The position numbers and the translations under genes are program-made. Positions 32,117 to 45,649 of a stretch of 64,000 nucleotides of DNA are shown here, piece by piece. Position 1 is the stretch's first letter. The number at the start of each line of letters is the position of its first letter. A model generated the notes under the pieces. That model made no database searches. It was not told the origin of the DNA and saw nothing but the letters and a program-made list of their open reading frames with translations. The DNA is taken from the NCBI RefSeq assembly GCF_009914755.1, contig NC_060937.1; one strand, written 5' to 3'. The stretch is from the human T2T-CHM13v2.0 reference genome, Homo sapiens.

Positions 32117-32215
32117 AAGAAAATCTTATAAAATGAGAATATTCTGAGTCACTAACTCGGATTGTTAGAATCTGAGTTAGTGACTCAGAATGTTCTCATT
32201 TTTTAATATTTTCTT
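32117..32215. repeat. Near-perfect inverted repeat (47-bp arms, 5-nt loop)
   Basis: Arms 32117-32163 and 32169-32215 are complementary at 43 of 47 positions. Confidence 0.95.
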
Positions 32216-33789
32216 CTCTATAAATTTTTAACCATCTTTTATGTTGGGGAGACAGAAAATGATTATAGTTCAGATGTCAAGAGGTTTGAAAAGGAAATTA
32301 CTCACTTCAATGACTAAAATCAGCTTTTGGCCCTTTGTCTAAAATATTCCTTTTCAGAAAATTTGCTTTTGGCAATCATTCATCAATTTTAAAAAATATG
32401 TTCAAATGACTGTATTAAAATGTCACCATTTACATATATTTGTCCATAATAATGAGTTAGGATGAATTCTCAAATTTAATTTTAAAGTGGACTTAATGAA
32501 GTTTCTTTTTTTAGAGAGTGATTATAATAGCAGGTTTACGTAAGTGTTTATTAAATTTTCTGTGATGTAGATGACAAGCAATATGTTAAATACAATTTAA
32601 TCATATACATCATATAGTACAAATACAAATACATCATATAGTAGAAGGAGGACCAACCATCCATTATAAGGAAAATAAGTTAATAGCGGGTGGCAAGGTA
32701 AACATGTGTTTTAAAGTTTTGGATTATATTACAGTATCTAACTTTATAGTCAGTGAGGTGATATCTACCATTAGAGTCTGGTTTTCCTGGGAAATCTGCT
32801 CTTGGCTTTTGCTGTTTACAGACAGAATTCACTGGGTAAATCTTGGTCATGCACATTGAATGCATAACAGGGTATAGAGTGAAGTGCCTGAAGATACCTG
32901 TTTGAAAAAGGAAAATATGGCATTTGTTAAAGTTAATTCAAAGACATATGTGAACTCTCTTGTCATGCTTTTGTAACTGTGGTATTTTTAGAGAAAAAAG
33001 AATTTCAAGAAGCTCTCAATACTTCAAGTAAAAACAAAACTAATATCTTATTCAGAATTCAGGTCTGTAGCTAACTGCCTGACTTCAAGCTAAATCCTAA
33101 AACGTGATATGCCAAATTATCGTACATAATGTACTGGAGGTTTGCCATAAACATGAGGACTCAGCAGCAGCCACAGTTGCTTAATGTCAGTCTGAGCAAT
33201 CAGATCATATTCAGTGCTTTTCTTCTCCACTGTACTATTTTGAAATGTCATATTATGCTGCATCACTTTGATAGCAGCCTTGTCTGCTTCCTTTATCTTT
33301 ATTAGCTGCCTTTTGTCCTTTCTTTGCAATTCCTACACATTGTTTTTATAACCTAATTCCATACCTTATTTGTTACTGTAAATAGCATCCAATTCTTCTT
33401 GAGCTGCCACCATGAAATCTTCCATTTCCTTACCTTTCAGCCACCTTAGCAGGTATCTAAATTCCCTTTATAGCATTTTTTATTGAATAAATTAATTTTT
33501 GTAGCCTCCTTTACCATACCACCATCTATGAGTTAGACTTACAGTTTAATAAAACAAAACACAATCACAACCCTAAATCCTCAAAATGTACTTTGGTAGA
33601 GAACAAAAGGGATCAGCCAATTCTAGTTATACCTCCTCTGAGCATCTGGGAAGTTCTCTTTCACAGCCCCTCAGTCAGGTACAAATTAACTAGTCCTACT
33701 CAATAAGTTGTGAACAAACAGGTCAAAGAATTTAATTACCAATGAGGAAACGTCCAAAACCCTTATCCCCTGCCAAAAGAAGACTGTCT

Positions 33790-34020
33790 GTTCGTGGCAC
33801 CTTCCCATGAAGTGGTTGGGTGTTCCATGACATGAAGAGGCTGTGTGTTCAATGAACATGGTGGAACTTGCAAAAACCGAGTTCCTGAGTGACTACTTGA
33901 AGCAGACCCTTGATTAACATGCAGTAGGATTAAGAAATAAACTTTACTTTTAATGAGCTATTGAGATTGCTGGGTTATTTTGTTACTGCAGCATTACCTT
34001 GTTTATTCTGACTAATACTC
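33790..34020 (+). mobile_element. Old MLT1 LTR 3' part
   Basis: ttcctgagtgactac...agaaataaacttt...ctattgagattgctgggttattttgttactgcagcattacc...ctgactaatac. Confidence 0.65.
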
Positions 34021-37000
34021 AAACAAAACCAAATTTAAAAATAAGCACATGTCATTTTACAGATACAATACGTCTATAATGCTGCCACAGGTAGAGACAA
34101 TGCTCACAAGACTACTATCTAAGGTGCTGTAAAGTTAGGAGGCTTTAACCATGCCATGAACTCTTGGAGCACAACTTTTAATGTTACCTATTCATATAAT
34201 TGAGGAAGCTATAACAAGGACAATGTGATATCCCATGTATTTTTAATGAGAGAACATGAGTAACCCAGAAAGATTGTATTCAAAAGTTCAGACTTTTCTA
34301 AATGTCGCCTATAGTTATTTATTTCTATTTAATTCTTTTGTTTGTAAAATAGAGTCTAAAACAGACAGAATGGGAACTTGCATTTGATTCTTTATGAGTC
34401 AACTGAATTCTATTTAGTTGAATTCAATTCAATCCAGACACTTTCAATAAAGTATAACACTTGAAATTTCAAACACCAGTGTATAAACCCAAACCTTTTC
34501 CTCCATGCCTTCCAATAATAGATGTAATCAGTCTTTTTAAATTTCTATAGCATGAAGGTATAAACTCATTTCTTATTTTCTTGTTTTTACTCCACAACCA
34601 GTGAAAGTCCCTTTGAGTCAATTAGCATGATCCTAACTTATGTTTAATGACTTTATAATCTTGCAATATGAGCCATAAATTTTCATGTAATTCCCCTATT
34701 GATGGACATTCACTTTATTTCCAGTTAGTTTTATTATGAATACTAATGATATAATCTGTGATCTGAATTGCAAGTATTTTGTTCATAATTTTAAAAATAG
34801 TGCTTTTATTCACCTGGAATTTAGTTTTGAATAGAGCATAGGATAATGGAACAATTTTATGTTATTTTAGCATACAATTTTATATTCTTTTTAAACCAGG
34901 AGCCAGTTGCATCATCATAATATTCTCAGCAGACTAAACTTCTACCTTTGTCAGATATTAAAATGTCCTATGAATGTAGGTTTATTTTTAAAATTGCTAG
35001 GCTCTTCTACAAACATTTGTCTATTTTTTGCCAATATCATAATTATTTAAAGTGAATTTATAATCAATTTTGATATGGTGGCTTGCAATAAAATTCCTCT
35101 GTAGTGTGATGGTGTCATTTCACTGTCTTCTCCTCTCGGGTGTTGCTGATGAAGCTCAATGTCTTTCAGTTTCTTTTTCATTGTAACTTGTTTCACTTGA
35201 AAGTTTTAAGATTATCCCTTTCTCCTTAGAGTTCAGAAATATTTTCTAAATTTTTTTTTCCTACATGTGTATCTTTTCTTCTCAATCTACCAAGAGACTA
35301 CAGGGATTTGTTATGTAATTTATAGAACATTTTCTCTATCATGTCTTTAATCATTCCTCTTTTGTCCCAGTTCTTACATTGCCTTGTAGAAATTCTCTTA
35401 CTTGCATGTTTGGTCTCTTAGACTTCTGAAAGTATTATCTTTCCCCTCATTCTCATTTCTTCATGTTCTTGCCCTCTATGTTGGGACATAGTTGACTCCC
35501 TTGATCGTCTGGGTCACTTCTACATATCTCCTTTGATTCATGTATTAAATTACTTATTTCCACAGTCTCCCAAGTGCTGTACTTGAATTTCTTGAAGGGT
35601 TCTTATTAATTCCTTACTCAAGTTGTCAAGTCTTTACTCTAACTGCTCTATTGGCCCGGCACGAGTTCTGTTGTTCTGATGTATTTTCCTTGAATGGATT
35701 GTTAGTTTTCTTTCTTTGCTTACTGGAACTTGGGTCTTTGTGTTAGAGTTTCCAAGAGAGGACAATCACTAAGGCAGGAAGTCATCACAGACCCACAGTG
35801 CCTCCCCTTTCCCCAGACTGGGAGTGTAGAAATAGGCCAACTGTCTCCTGCCTTCTGTCAAAGCACCCCAAGGAAGTGTCTCTGTTCCCTCTGGTTCTTG
35901 ATCTTCTAGACATAGAGGACAAATAGGCAGCTCCTCTGGGCCTCCCAAGGGCAGGAACAATAAACACATCCATATGACTATCTGATGGTCCTCATTGCTG
36001 CTGTTTATGCTCACAGCTGTCCTTGATAACCTCTGGTTATCCACAGAGGTTGTACTATTATATGGTATGAAGCCAGAAAAGTTGATGGGGTGTGATACTT
36101 TGATGAGATCAAAACTAGCACTCCTGACTGCATTCTGGACTCTCCTCTGCTGCCCATTCTTTAAACTTCCCTGTCCATTGATTGTGTAAATCTTAGTGCA
36201 ATCTGTGGATTCTGAATGTGTTTCAATGCTTCTGTGTTAATGGAGACTTATTAGAAAGAAAGGTCTTTAAAGGCAGGAGTTATATGTTCTATTTGATTGA
36301 ACTCAAAGAACATATGCAGTGCTCTGTACTAGTGGATATTGAATCAATGCTGTTGGCTGACTGAAATAGCTTCAATATGGCTAGGTTAGTGGGAAAGAGG
36401 AGTGGTTCTTTCATTTTCTTTTACTGCACTACAGTTTTTGTTTTACTTTATGAACATATTCAATGATTTAGGTTTTCTCAATAATATTTGAGTATCTGCA
36501 TTTTAAAAAAATGTAACTAGTGTCAATATAAGAAGGTTATATTAGATATTTTCTCTCTGATTTATATTTAATAAAAGGGGCTTTATATTGTGCTAATGAT
36601 TTAGTAGATATTGCATTTTTTTTCTTGAAGAGGTGAGATTATAATGAAACACAAATAAAATTTGAAGTTCCAGAGGTCTAGTCTTTGTAAGCTTTTCTTT
36701 TATAAAATGAATTCTATTTGCACCAAAATGAATGGTAAAAGCTTTATTTGTATGTATTTTTTGTTTTATTTTGTTTTTCGTTATACTCCTCTCAGCTCAT
36801 ACCTAGTAAGAGGCCTTTAAACTACTAAGCTAGTATGTGTGTGCTTTTTTAGTTATCTACCAATTCCTGCATGACAATCAAAATATTCCCATGGATAATG
36901 AACAGGTGAAGTAAAATATTTTTTACTTCAATATTTTTTTACAAAATAATGACACACTGAAAAATTGGTTTATTAGCCACACAGCAGTGTTCTAGAACCC

Positions 37001-38334
37001 TCTTGGATTATTTTAGGCTCATTAAAATAGTACTATTATTGTAACAAGAAACCCATATGTACAAAAACATTGAAAGGATGCTTCCTATTTGTGAATATCA
37101 AGTCACTTTTCTTTTCCAGCGTTATTATCCTCCACTTGGAGAGCATAAAGGGAAATGCCATGAGGTTAAGAGACTTCCTTATGGCCAACAGTTAATCTGT
37201 TGCAGGGGTCAAAAGAGAACTTCCCATGCAATAGTCTGGCCTTGCTAATACATAGACATGATTCCTTCATGTAGGGCAGCTTGGACTGAAAACACTACAG
37301 GGGGGAAATAAATAAATAAAACGTGAGCGCTATGTGGCCAAGTTGCTTCTTTGTTTGCTGAAAGACAACGCAAGACAAAGGAGGCTCTATGTTCCACAGG
37401 AAGTAAGGAGGCAAATTTGCTCATTTGTCTTCAGAACACACATGCTTATTGCTACCTGCATTCAGTTGACATATACGCCATCCAAATGTACTTCATGCTC
37501 AGACTACAGTCACGTACCATTCTCCAACTATATGAACTGTTCAATTTTAGATGTGTGAACCTCCAGAACTGTGAAATAAACAACCTCAGTCAACATCAAG
37601 CAGAATTCAAAGAAGTCTAAAGTCTTAATAATTGTCTGTTCAGTCTGGGAGGAAAGGACTAAAATGGCATGAATCCAGGTAGGCGGAGATTTCCCCCTCC
37701 TGCTTGCTACATAGGATAGCACATGAGAATCCATAGTTAGGACTTTAAACAAACAGAGTTACCAGTGAGAAAGGAGGAAGATGTTTTCTGAAGGAGAAAA
37801 AAGTGTAGAAGTTTTAGCTCAACTGCTAAATTTGAAATGTTGGCTTACTCATAAGACACAAATGGAAGAGGCTATTTCTTTAAAATCACAGCTGGAAAGA
37901 ACTTTTTTTTATGCTAGAAAAAATTGACCAAGTTTATGGAAAACAAAACTAAATAGGAATTATTAACAACTTCAACATACCCAGAAGTCTTTTACTGAGT
38001 TAGAAAAGAGCATGATAGAGAACAAATGTTATGAGAGAAAAAGACCGCTAACAATGATATTAAATGGGCCCACTTTTCCTCAAAATCTTGCAGTTCTCTG
38101 CAGTAGAATACTCACATACATACCCAGTATTCATTGTTATGGATCCTACTTGCTACAGACAGGGTCTTTATCCTCATTCATAATGTTTCTGTCTTGCCGT
38201 ACTTTAGGGTGCAAGGGTCGTAAGGGAGCCTCCTCTGCTCGTGCACACTGGACAGCCTTGTTCCTAGTCTCCCACAGTGCCCTGGCATACCTCTCTCATA
38301 GCTCTCCAACCATGATCAGTGGGACTGGGCAATG

Positions 38335-38452
38335 CCTCAGATTAGACTAGAAGCTCCCTGATAGCAAAGAGCCTGTGTGATTCTTCTCTGTACTCTAAGT
38401 TCCTTGCATAGCACATAGCAAAGATAAAGCACTCAAACATATTTGAACTAAA
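38335..38452 (+). mobile_element. L2 3' terminus
   Basis: attagactagaagctccctgatagcaaagagcctgtg...gcactcaaacatatttgaa. Confidence 0.65.
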
Positions 38453-38939
38453 GGGAGAATCAATTTGTTCTACCACAAGTGAAAGGTGAAGTTTACTGTA
38501 AATGTGATGACTGTTGAACCAAATCTAAATAGCCTAAGCTGTAATTAACAGCCTTCATTTGGTTTGTAAAATGTTACCTTGATTTCTTTATTGCATAACA
38601 TTCTCCAAGTTTTCAAAGTTTGGATCAGAAATCTGCACTTGCAGGATTTCTCCTTTCTTCATCTAAAAGTAGAGCACATATTCTTAAATCTTACCCCTCT
38701 CAAGTGAGTTCTTTTTCTTCTTGTCCAAATTGTGTGTGGGGTGGGGTGGGGGCACAGCCCGGATTTTCCTTATTTCAGTCAACAGTCTAAATTCAAGGGT
38801 CCAGACACTTAACAAATAGCTTCAAAATGTCCTTCACATTTTCTCATAGGTGATCCACCCTACCACATATTGTCTCCTAATGGCCGTCCAGTTTATCCTG
38901 GAGCCCTTGCATGACACAGGCCTATCGAAGCATAGGAGG

Positions 38940-39085
38940 TAAGTATCATGAAGATTCAGGGTCCTGTTACACTGGCGATGTTTTCAGTGTATCAGTGGCA
39001 TAGGGTGTGTCAGACAATCTCCTATAAGACAAATGACAGATCATTACATCTCACACCTCTTACCCTGAGAAAGAAATGCAGAAGG
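38940..39085 (+). mobile_element. ERV-L pol (RT) fragment
   Basis: Translates KIQGPVTLAMFSVYQW...DRSLHLTPLTLRK, matching the recalled ERV-L KIQGPxTSVKFLGVQW...DKLLHLAPPTTKK. Confidence 0.65.
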
Positions 39086-39329
39086 CAGTGACCTCTGAGT
39101 TGATTACTACATGATAATTAAAGGGGAATGAAAGATGGCATTCTTGACCAAGTAAAGAGCATAAGTCAAGGTCTAAAGGTATGAAACAGCCTGATTTCTA
39201 TAGGGAAGCAAAAGCAATTTGATATAATTAGAGTATAAACTGCAAGGCAAGAAGTGTTGAGAGAGGTGATTAGAAAGACAGAGCTGAAACAACAGGCTTA
39301 ACCACTGAAGGGTCTTAAGTAGGAGACCC

Positions 39330-39645
39330 TTTCTTGGTCTTTCCAGAAAGCAGAAACTGAGGCGATGTTTGTGGGCTACAAATTTCCTGAAAATGTTATC
39401 ACAGAAAATTAGGTGTGAGGGAAAAAGGAAGCAACACAGGGCAGAAGGAAGACTGAAGTGAGGATGCTACTGAGCTATCCAGTACAACTGGTCACTTCGT
39501 CTTGCAAGATGGTCTTCTGAGAAATAACAAGAAAAACTGAATCTAAAGATAGCCTGTTCAGAAGAGAAGGGAATAGGAATTTTATCTGCCACTTTTCAAT
39601 TTCCATTTGTCAGGATTTCACCTCGTTGCGTATCAGGGCTTTATA
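39330..39645 (-). mobile_element. LTR33-like LTR fragment
   Basis: ttccagaaagcagaaactgagg...gtgagggaaaaagg...aattttatctgccac...ccatttgtca. Confidence 0.5.
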
Positions 39646-39649
39646 TTTC

Positions 39650-42600
39650 CTTGGTGTGTCAGGATCAAGTACTCAATAGTGTACCAGGAGCTGTTTCTCA
39701 AACAGTGAGAATTTCTGTGACTCAGAAGGTATAGTCTTGCTCCAGAAACTGAGGTATTTGCATTGTTACCCTCCTACTGAGGGTTATCAGTTACTCCACA
39801 CAGCATTTTTACCTATCAGAAGCATCTCTACTGCCATCAAAACTTCAGGGTCATAGAGTATGTTTGTGTGGAACCTTAGGTCATAGTCTGACTTACTGCA
39901 GAAACCTCTCTTGCTGGCTGTCTTCTGAATAAATCAATTGGATTTGCATTAACAAAGGTATTCTTTGCTACCTACAAACTCCAAAGAATTCAACAAATGT
40001 TCTACTTTTCCTTATCAGAAGGAGATTTATATTAGAGACTATTAGGGATAGGAAAAAAAGTGTTTCTCCTACTCTCACAAACCACTCAACACCACACTTC
40101 TGACACCAGATGTGTGAGGATTATTTCCCCATACACAAAGTACTTCTTCAGCAGACACCAGCTGGGTGTGCTGTAATTCAATTCTGACACTATTTTCCTG
40201 TACATAGTGTTAGATCTCACAGATTGAGGATTCAGTTCCACAAGACTCACACCTCCCCACATCAGATACCAACTGCAAGTCCCATGTTGTGACCTGTACT
40301 TCTGACAGACCAGCTACAAAATGCAGGCTCTTATGACTCCCTCCTCAGGTTTGAATAATTTGCTAGATCAGCTCATAGAACTCAGGGAAACACTTTACTT
40401 ACACTTGCACCCACTTATTATAAAGTATATTACAAAGGACTCAGATGAGTATCCAGCCAGTTGTAAGAGAAGCATAAAGCATGGCATATGAGAAGGGGTA
40501 TGGAGCTTCCATGCCCCCTCCACTGCACCACTCTGCAAGACCCTCCACGTGTTTAACTATCTGAATTCTCCTGAACTCTGCCGTTTTCAGTTTTTATGAA
40601 AGCTTCATTACGTAGGCATGACTGACTATATCGTTGTCTATTGGTGATCTCTCAGCCTTCAGCCCTCTCTCTCCCTTCCAGAGATTGGCAGGTGGGGCTA
40701 AATGCCTTGGGTTTTCTGGTGGCCATCCCCTACTGTGATGTTTCCTAGGAGCCCTCAGCTACCAGCCACCTCATTAGCATACAAAGACACTCATCACTGG
40801 AGATTCTAAGGGTTTTAGGAACTGTGTGCCAGGAAATGGGGATGAAGACCAAATATATATTTCACAATATTACAGAGATGATGTCTTTACATATCTAAGA
40901 CCACTGAGCCACCAAAACTTCAACTTGTGTGACAGGGCCCTGAATCTTTGTCAAGTTTATCTTCAACTTCTGCCAAGCATGTGTCATATTAGGACCTTAA
41001 GATACTTACCACTTTCTACTCACCATGTTCAAATAGCATTCTGCCACTAGTATAGTGGATCTATACGACGTTCTGAGGAATTCAAGATATCTAATGTTCC
41101 TGAAAACTATATTTTGACAGAAAGCTGAACAGTAGGTCTGGAGCAAGAGAGTAAATATGTACTATCATCTTTTCTATGTAAAAGTGAACTTCTTTGTCTC
41201 CCTATTGATGGGGTTAAAAAAATGCATTTGCCAGATTAACATCTGCAAACCAAGTGTCATTGGCTGTGTTGATCTAGTACCACAGCTGCTTTACTTTTAA
41301 ATTTATGATAGTCCATTTTCATCCATCACAATACATCCGTTTTGTGTGGTGGCTAGATGAATGACAATATCATAAAGGACCACTACTCAAATCTTTTAAG
41401 CCTATTAAGGAAATGCTTCTCTGTATTTCCTCGCAGGATTCAGTTTTTCTTCTGATTATCTATTTTGACTAGGAGCAGAAACTTTCATGTCTTTCAGTTG
41501 CCTTTTTATTTTTTTTAAATCATAGGGCCCTTATTCCACCGGTCAGGGCAGTCCTTTCCAGTTTTTAAGTCTATGTATCAAAATTGTATACTTAGGAATT
41601 CAGGAATTAACCAAAGGATGAGTTTCAGGACTTGTTGTGCCCATTGTTAGCTTAAATCAAAACTTTAAAATTTATCCTCTATAAGCCCCTTTTCTCACCA
41701 GAAGATCACAGTGGCATTCCAGGTCCCTTGGTATCACCTCAGACCCTATAACAGTTGATTAAAAATGTAGATATTGTTCTTTCTTAGTATATAGTTATTA
41801 TGATACATGATGTTAGGTCAGCAATTTGAGGAAGAAGCAGAATATTCAATGTATATACCTACAGTGGTGTTGCAAGATACTTATACAAGGGAACCATGTT
41901 TTCCCTTTAATCAGTGAGCACTGGATCCGGAAACTTGGTTAAATTTGGAAAATTAACAAAAGACTGTGGTTTTACACACTAGTGGCTGATACCAGAATTC
42001 TGCCAGCTAGTTCTCATTTTTTAAAATTATATGGTTTGATAAAACCTCTGGCCACTGTTCACTATTTGCCTCCAGATTCTGCATAATCCCTTAGCTATGC
42101 CACAGATTCCTGTGAGTGAAAGCACCCTTAAGGTCATTCTGGCCTTCATGCTCAATATAGTAATATACATACCTTTCCTCTGACTTTTAAGTGCTACTCC
42201 ATGGTTTCTGCAATTCCAGAATCCCATGATCTCTATTCATATTAGGCTTCATCTTCCACAGTCAACCTGACTTTACAGGGGTTAGCAATCATGATGTTGT
42301 TCAAAGAAGTTAATATCTACCTACTTTCTCCTGTACATTTTTTATGGTCTTAGTGGAGGAAGTGTCCTTACTGCTCAGTAAACTTATCAGGCTGTAGATT
42401 TTTCAGTTCTTATATAGTCTATTTACATTAACATTTCTACCTTATTGAGCCTTCTACCCTTTGAGCTTTCTATACCTTAGTCTATACCTTTTATCTTCAC
42501 TTCATTTACAATAAACCATAATAATGTCGAAGCTTCACAGAGTCATTCTAATAAATTACCTGATAGGTTATGAGTGTTCTTTTCAGAACATTGAACTCTG

Positions 42601-42750
42601 AGTCACAGGTCAATATTTGCATGAAGAAGTTCTCTTCTATCCATCTTTATAGATCTCTATTCTAATCTAGAATTTTCCAGATTACTCTTAAATGTGTTTC
42701 TTGGTCCCTGCTATGACATATTAACCAGGCAAATGCAGAAATCGCCCACC
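39650..42750 (-). mobile_element. Decayed ERV-L-type internal region (gag-pro-pol), split by MER21
   Basis: Minus-strand motifs: FWSKTIPS...LFEKQLL (about 39680-39760), KIQGPVT (about 40929-40948), INTANDTWFADVNLANAFF (about 41217-41273, RT) and a protease-like region at about 41700-41760. Many stops and frameshifts. Confidence 0.75.
40040..40874 (-). mobile_element. MER21 (MER21A/B-like) solo LTR
   Basis: cacttctgacaccagatgtgtg...cagacaccagctgggtg...agaactcagggaaacactttactta...gaagaccaaatatatatttcacaatattaca. A 5-bp TSD gaga(c/t) lies at 40035-39 and 40875-79. Confidence 0.88.
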
Positions 42751-42829
42751 TTACTACCAAAGACAGTTTCCGGACTGTCGTAAATAGCTTTGTAGTCTTA
42801 TTTAGATAGAGAGATAGGTGGGCTTTTGA

Positions 42830-43095
42830 GGAGGTCAGTGCATCTAGAATTTGCAGAGCAGAATAACCAAAAGAGAGGAAGGAAGAAAAAGAGAGATAAA
42901 TCTTCAGAAGGGTCTCCCTTCCTCTGTTTGAGTTTAATAGAAACTATAAAGTCAGAGTTCCAAGAAGCTCCACAAACCCCAAGCAGAAGAAACACAGAAA
43001 AACACACCAAGGCATATTATGGTCAAATTGCTGAAAACTACTAATAAAGACAAAACATTAAAAGCAGAAAGGAAGAAAAAGACATGCTACATACA
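42830..43095 (+). mobile_element. L1M ORF1 fragment
   Basis: Translates FQEAPQTPSRRN.. and HIMVKLLKTTNKDKTLKAERKK, matching the L1 ORF1p motif IQEAQRTP...RHIIVKL..K.KEKILKAAREK. Confidence 0.8.
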
Positions 43096-43467
43096 TACAT
43101 ATTGTACATTAGCTAAGCAGGATATTCCTACACTCCTGTGCCAATATTTCATTCTCTGCCATTTAAATGATGTTGATCAGATTTTCTCCTTGGATCCTCT
43201 ACACATGACTACACAAAACAACCCAGACTTGTGTGAAATGATTCATCTGTTCTCAGCAATTAGTGAAGCAAAAATATATCCTGTGGTTAAGAAAATGTGT
43301 TTGAGCATAGATCAGCCTTTCTTTATGAATGCCTAGGTAGACAACCCAGTTAGCCAGATCATAAGTTGATCATCAGTGTAATTTTCACCCCATAACATCT
43401 ATGTCACAGGCTATTAAAAGATCAATGCCAGAATTAACAGTCATCCAAATGCTGACCCTAGCACAAG

Positions 43468-43710
43468 AAGGCAGTAGAATGAAACAGTTTAAAAGTTAGA
43501 ACTCTGGAATTGGACTTCCTGGGTTAAAATCATGACTATTGTGTATTAATTTTGAGACCCTGGACAAGTTACAAAGCTCCATTTCCCTATATGTAGATAA
43601 TGTATAATAAAAGAAAATAATCTTATAAGATTTTTAAGAGGATTCATTGAAGAGAAATGCTATTTCGCTTAGCCCTGTGTCTGCATATACTAAACCCTCC
43701 ACTAAAAGTT
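43468..43710 (+). mobile_element. MIR
   Basis: aactctggaattggacttcctgggttaaaatc...gaccctggacaagtta...catttccctatatgta. Confidence 0.7.
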
Positions 43711-43718
43711 GGGTACAC

Positions 43719-44020
43719 AGCTCGGTGTGGTGGCTCATGCCTGTAATCCCAGCACTTTGGGATGAGATTACAGGCATGAGCCAAGATGAGAGGATCGCTT
43801 GAACCAGGAGTTCAAGACCAGCCTAGGCAACATGGTGAAACCCATTTCTACAAAAAATACAAAAAATTAGCCAGTTGTGGTGGCGCATACCTGCTACTGG
43901 TGAGGCTGAGATGAGAGGATCACCTGAGCCCTGCAGGTCAAGGCTTCAGTGAGCTGTAATGGCTCCACTGGACTCTAGCCTGAGCAACAGAGTGAGACCT
44001 AGTCTCAAAAACAAAAAAAA
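43719..44020 (+). mobile_element. AluJ with an internal inverted duplication
   Basis: J-type diagnostics (gaggatcgcttgaa, ggtcaaggcttcagtgagc), with an extra gattacaggcatgagcc at 43766-43782. Confidence 0.93.
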
Positions 44021-45649
44021 AGTTAGATAAATGGAGAGGAATGACTATTTTAACCATCATTGTTTAACAAAACTTTGTCTCATGATAATCACAACTTTCA
44101 CAATATGTTTGTGTTTTTTTAATCTAGAAACCAGTATACTTCCTCTACAGCAGCATTTTAGTAGACAAATGAATAGGTAGCATTTTGCCAGACAAATGAA
44201 CCTAGGCATGTTCCTATTGCTGGCCGGAGTTGGGTGAGGTAGCCACCTCAGGGAGAGTGTTGGTCTGTAATTAGGAGCTAGGAATACGCATGTGGGGCTT
44301 ACCCTACCAGTTAATCTTTAGAATGAAATTATTCTTGTCTTTCACCAACTCAGCCCCCTGCTGGGGCATCCTTTGTGTTAAATTAAACAAGTTTTCCTGG
44401 TCTAATCCTATTTCTGTAATGTGGGTAATAGAAAGTAGTTAATAAGAGAAGCATGCCTAATTAAAATCAGGTGTTGGGGTCTTTTTGCAATGGTGATACA
44501 GGGCGGATACAGTTTAAATGATGTTTAAACCCATATACATAAAAATATTTACAATTAGGAAAAAAAGAGAAAAATAAGGAGAGAAATGCATTGCTTTTTG
44601 AGTGCAGTGCTACTGCCTCTAGTTAATGCAACATAGTGAATGTCAAATTCTTGGCAAACTCACCAGACAGGAATGATGCTCCTCCTTAATTCTCCTCCTG
44701 TGGGTGAGTAAGGGGTAAAGAGGAAGCTGAGTGTTCACTTATACAGAGTTGTTGGGGGAAAACTCCCAGCTATGGGAAAACTGTGGGGTAGTAAGCAGGG
44801 TTGCTCCCCAGCCTCACCCCTGCAGTGATCTTGATAATATTGTTAAATGAAGTAAAGCAGCATATGTATAAAGAATAAACAGTTATAATTTCAATTTTTC
44901 ATATAAAAGTATATCATTTTTGTATGGTGGAATAATCTTTAATTTCCTATTTTTCAAGGTTTCTATACTGAACATGTAATACTTTACTAATCAGAAAATA
45001 AACATTTTTATACTGTTGAAAACAAGTTTTCATGATCTTGCTATATTCTGTATCACATGAACGGAAGGTTTTGAACTTTTAAATATATGGATATGAGGTT
45101 AATTGAATATATTTAATATCCAACAGTAAGTAATCATATTGTTGAGAAAAAAGAGAGTCTTTCAAGTTCTTGAATAAATTTTAGACTAAATCAATTAAAA
45201 TTTAGAAATTTAAAAATATGTGAGGTATATTTAATATAACCTCTAAAGTATATTTTTGAAGTATATGGGAAAATTGCATAATACTCAGAAAAATTAATGT
45301 ATAAGTTCCTCTTTTAAGTTCCATAGAGTTTGACATTTTACTACTAAATATAAGCCTTTTGAAATACTCAATATTGTAGTTATTAGCTACCTTTCTCCAA
45401 TAGCTAAGTTGCAGTCCTAACGAACAGTGGAATAAATTAAATAGATAATGTTTTAGGATTTTTTTCACCATATTGTGTTCACTTTTCAGTGTTTTGTCTT
45501 TTTTTTTAATAGTGTTCTCTGGAGGGAACATTTTTCTGTGAGGTAATTCTACAAACAAATGTGAGAAAACTACAAGCAGAGTCAGAAGTTGATGAAAGTT
45601 AATAGGTTAAAAAAATAAGCTCCACTGCTACTCTTTGTTTTTTGGTACT

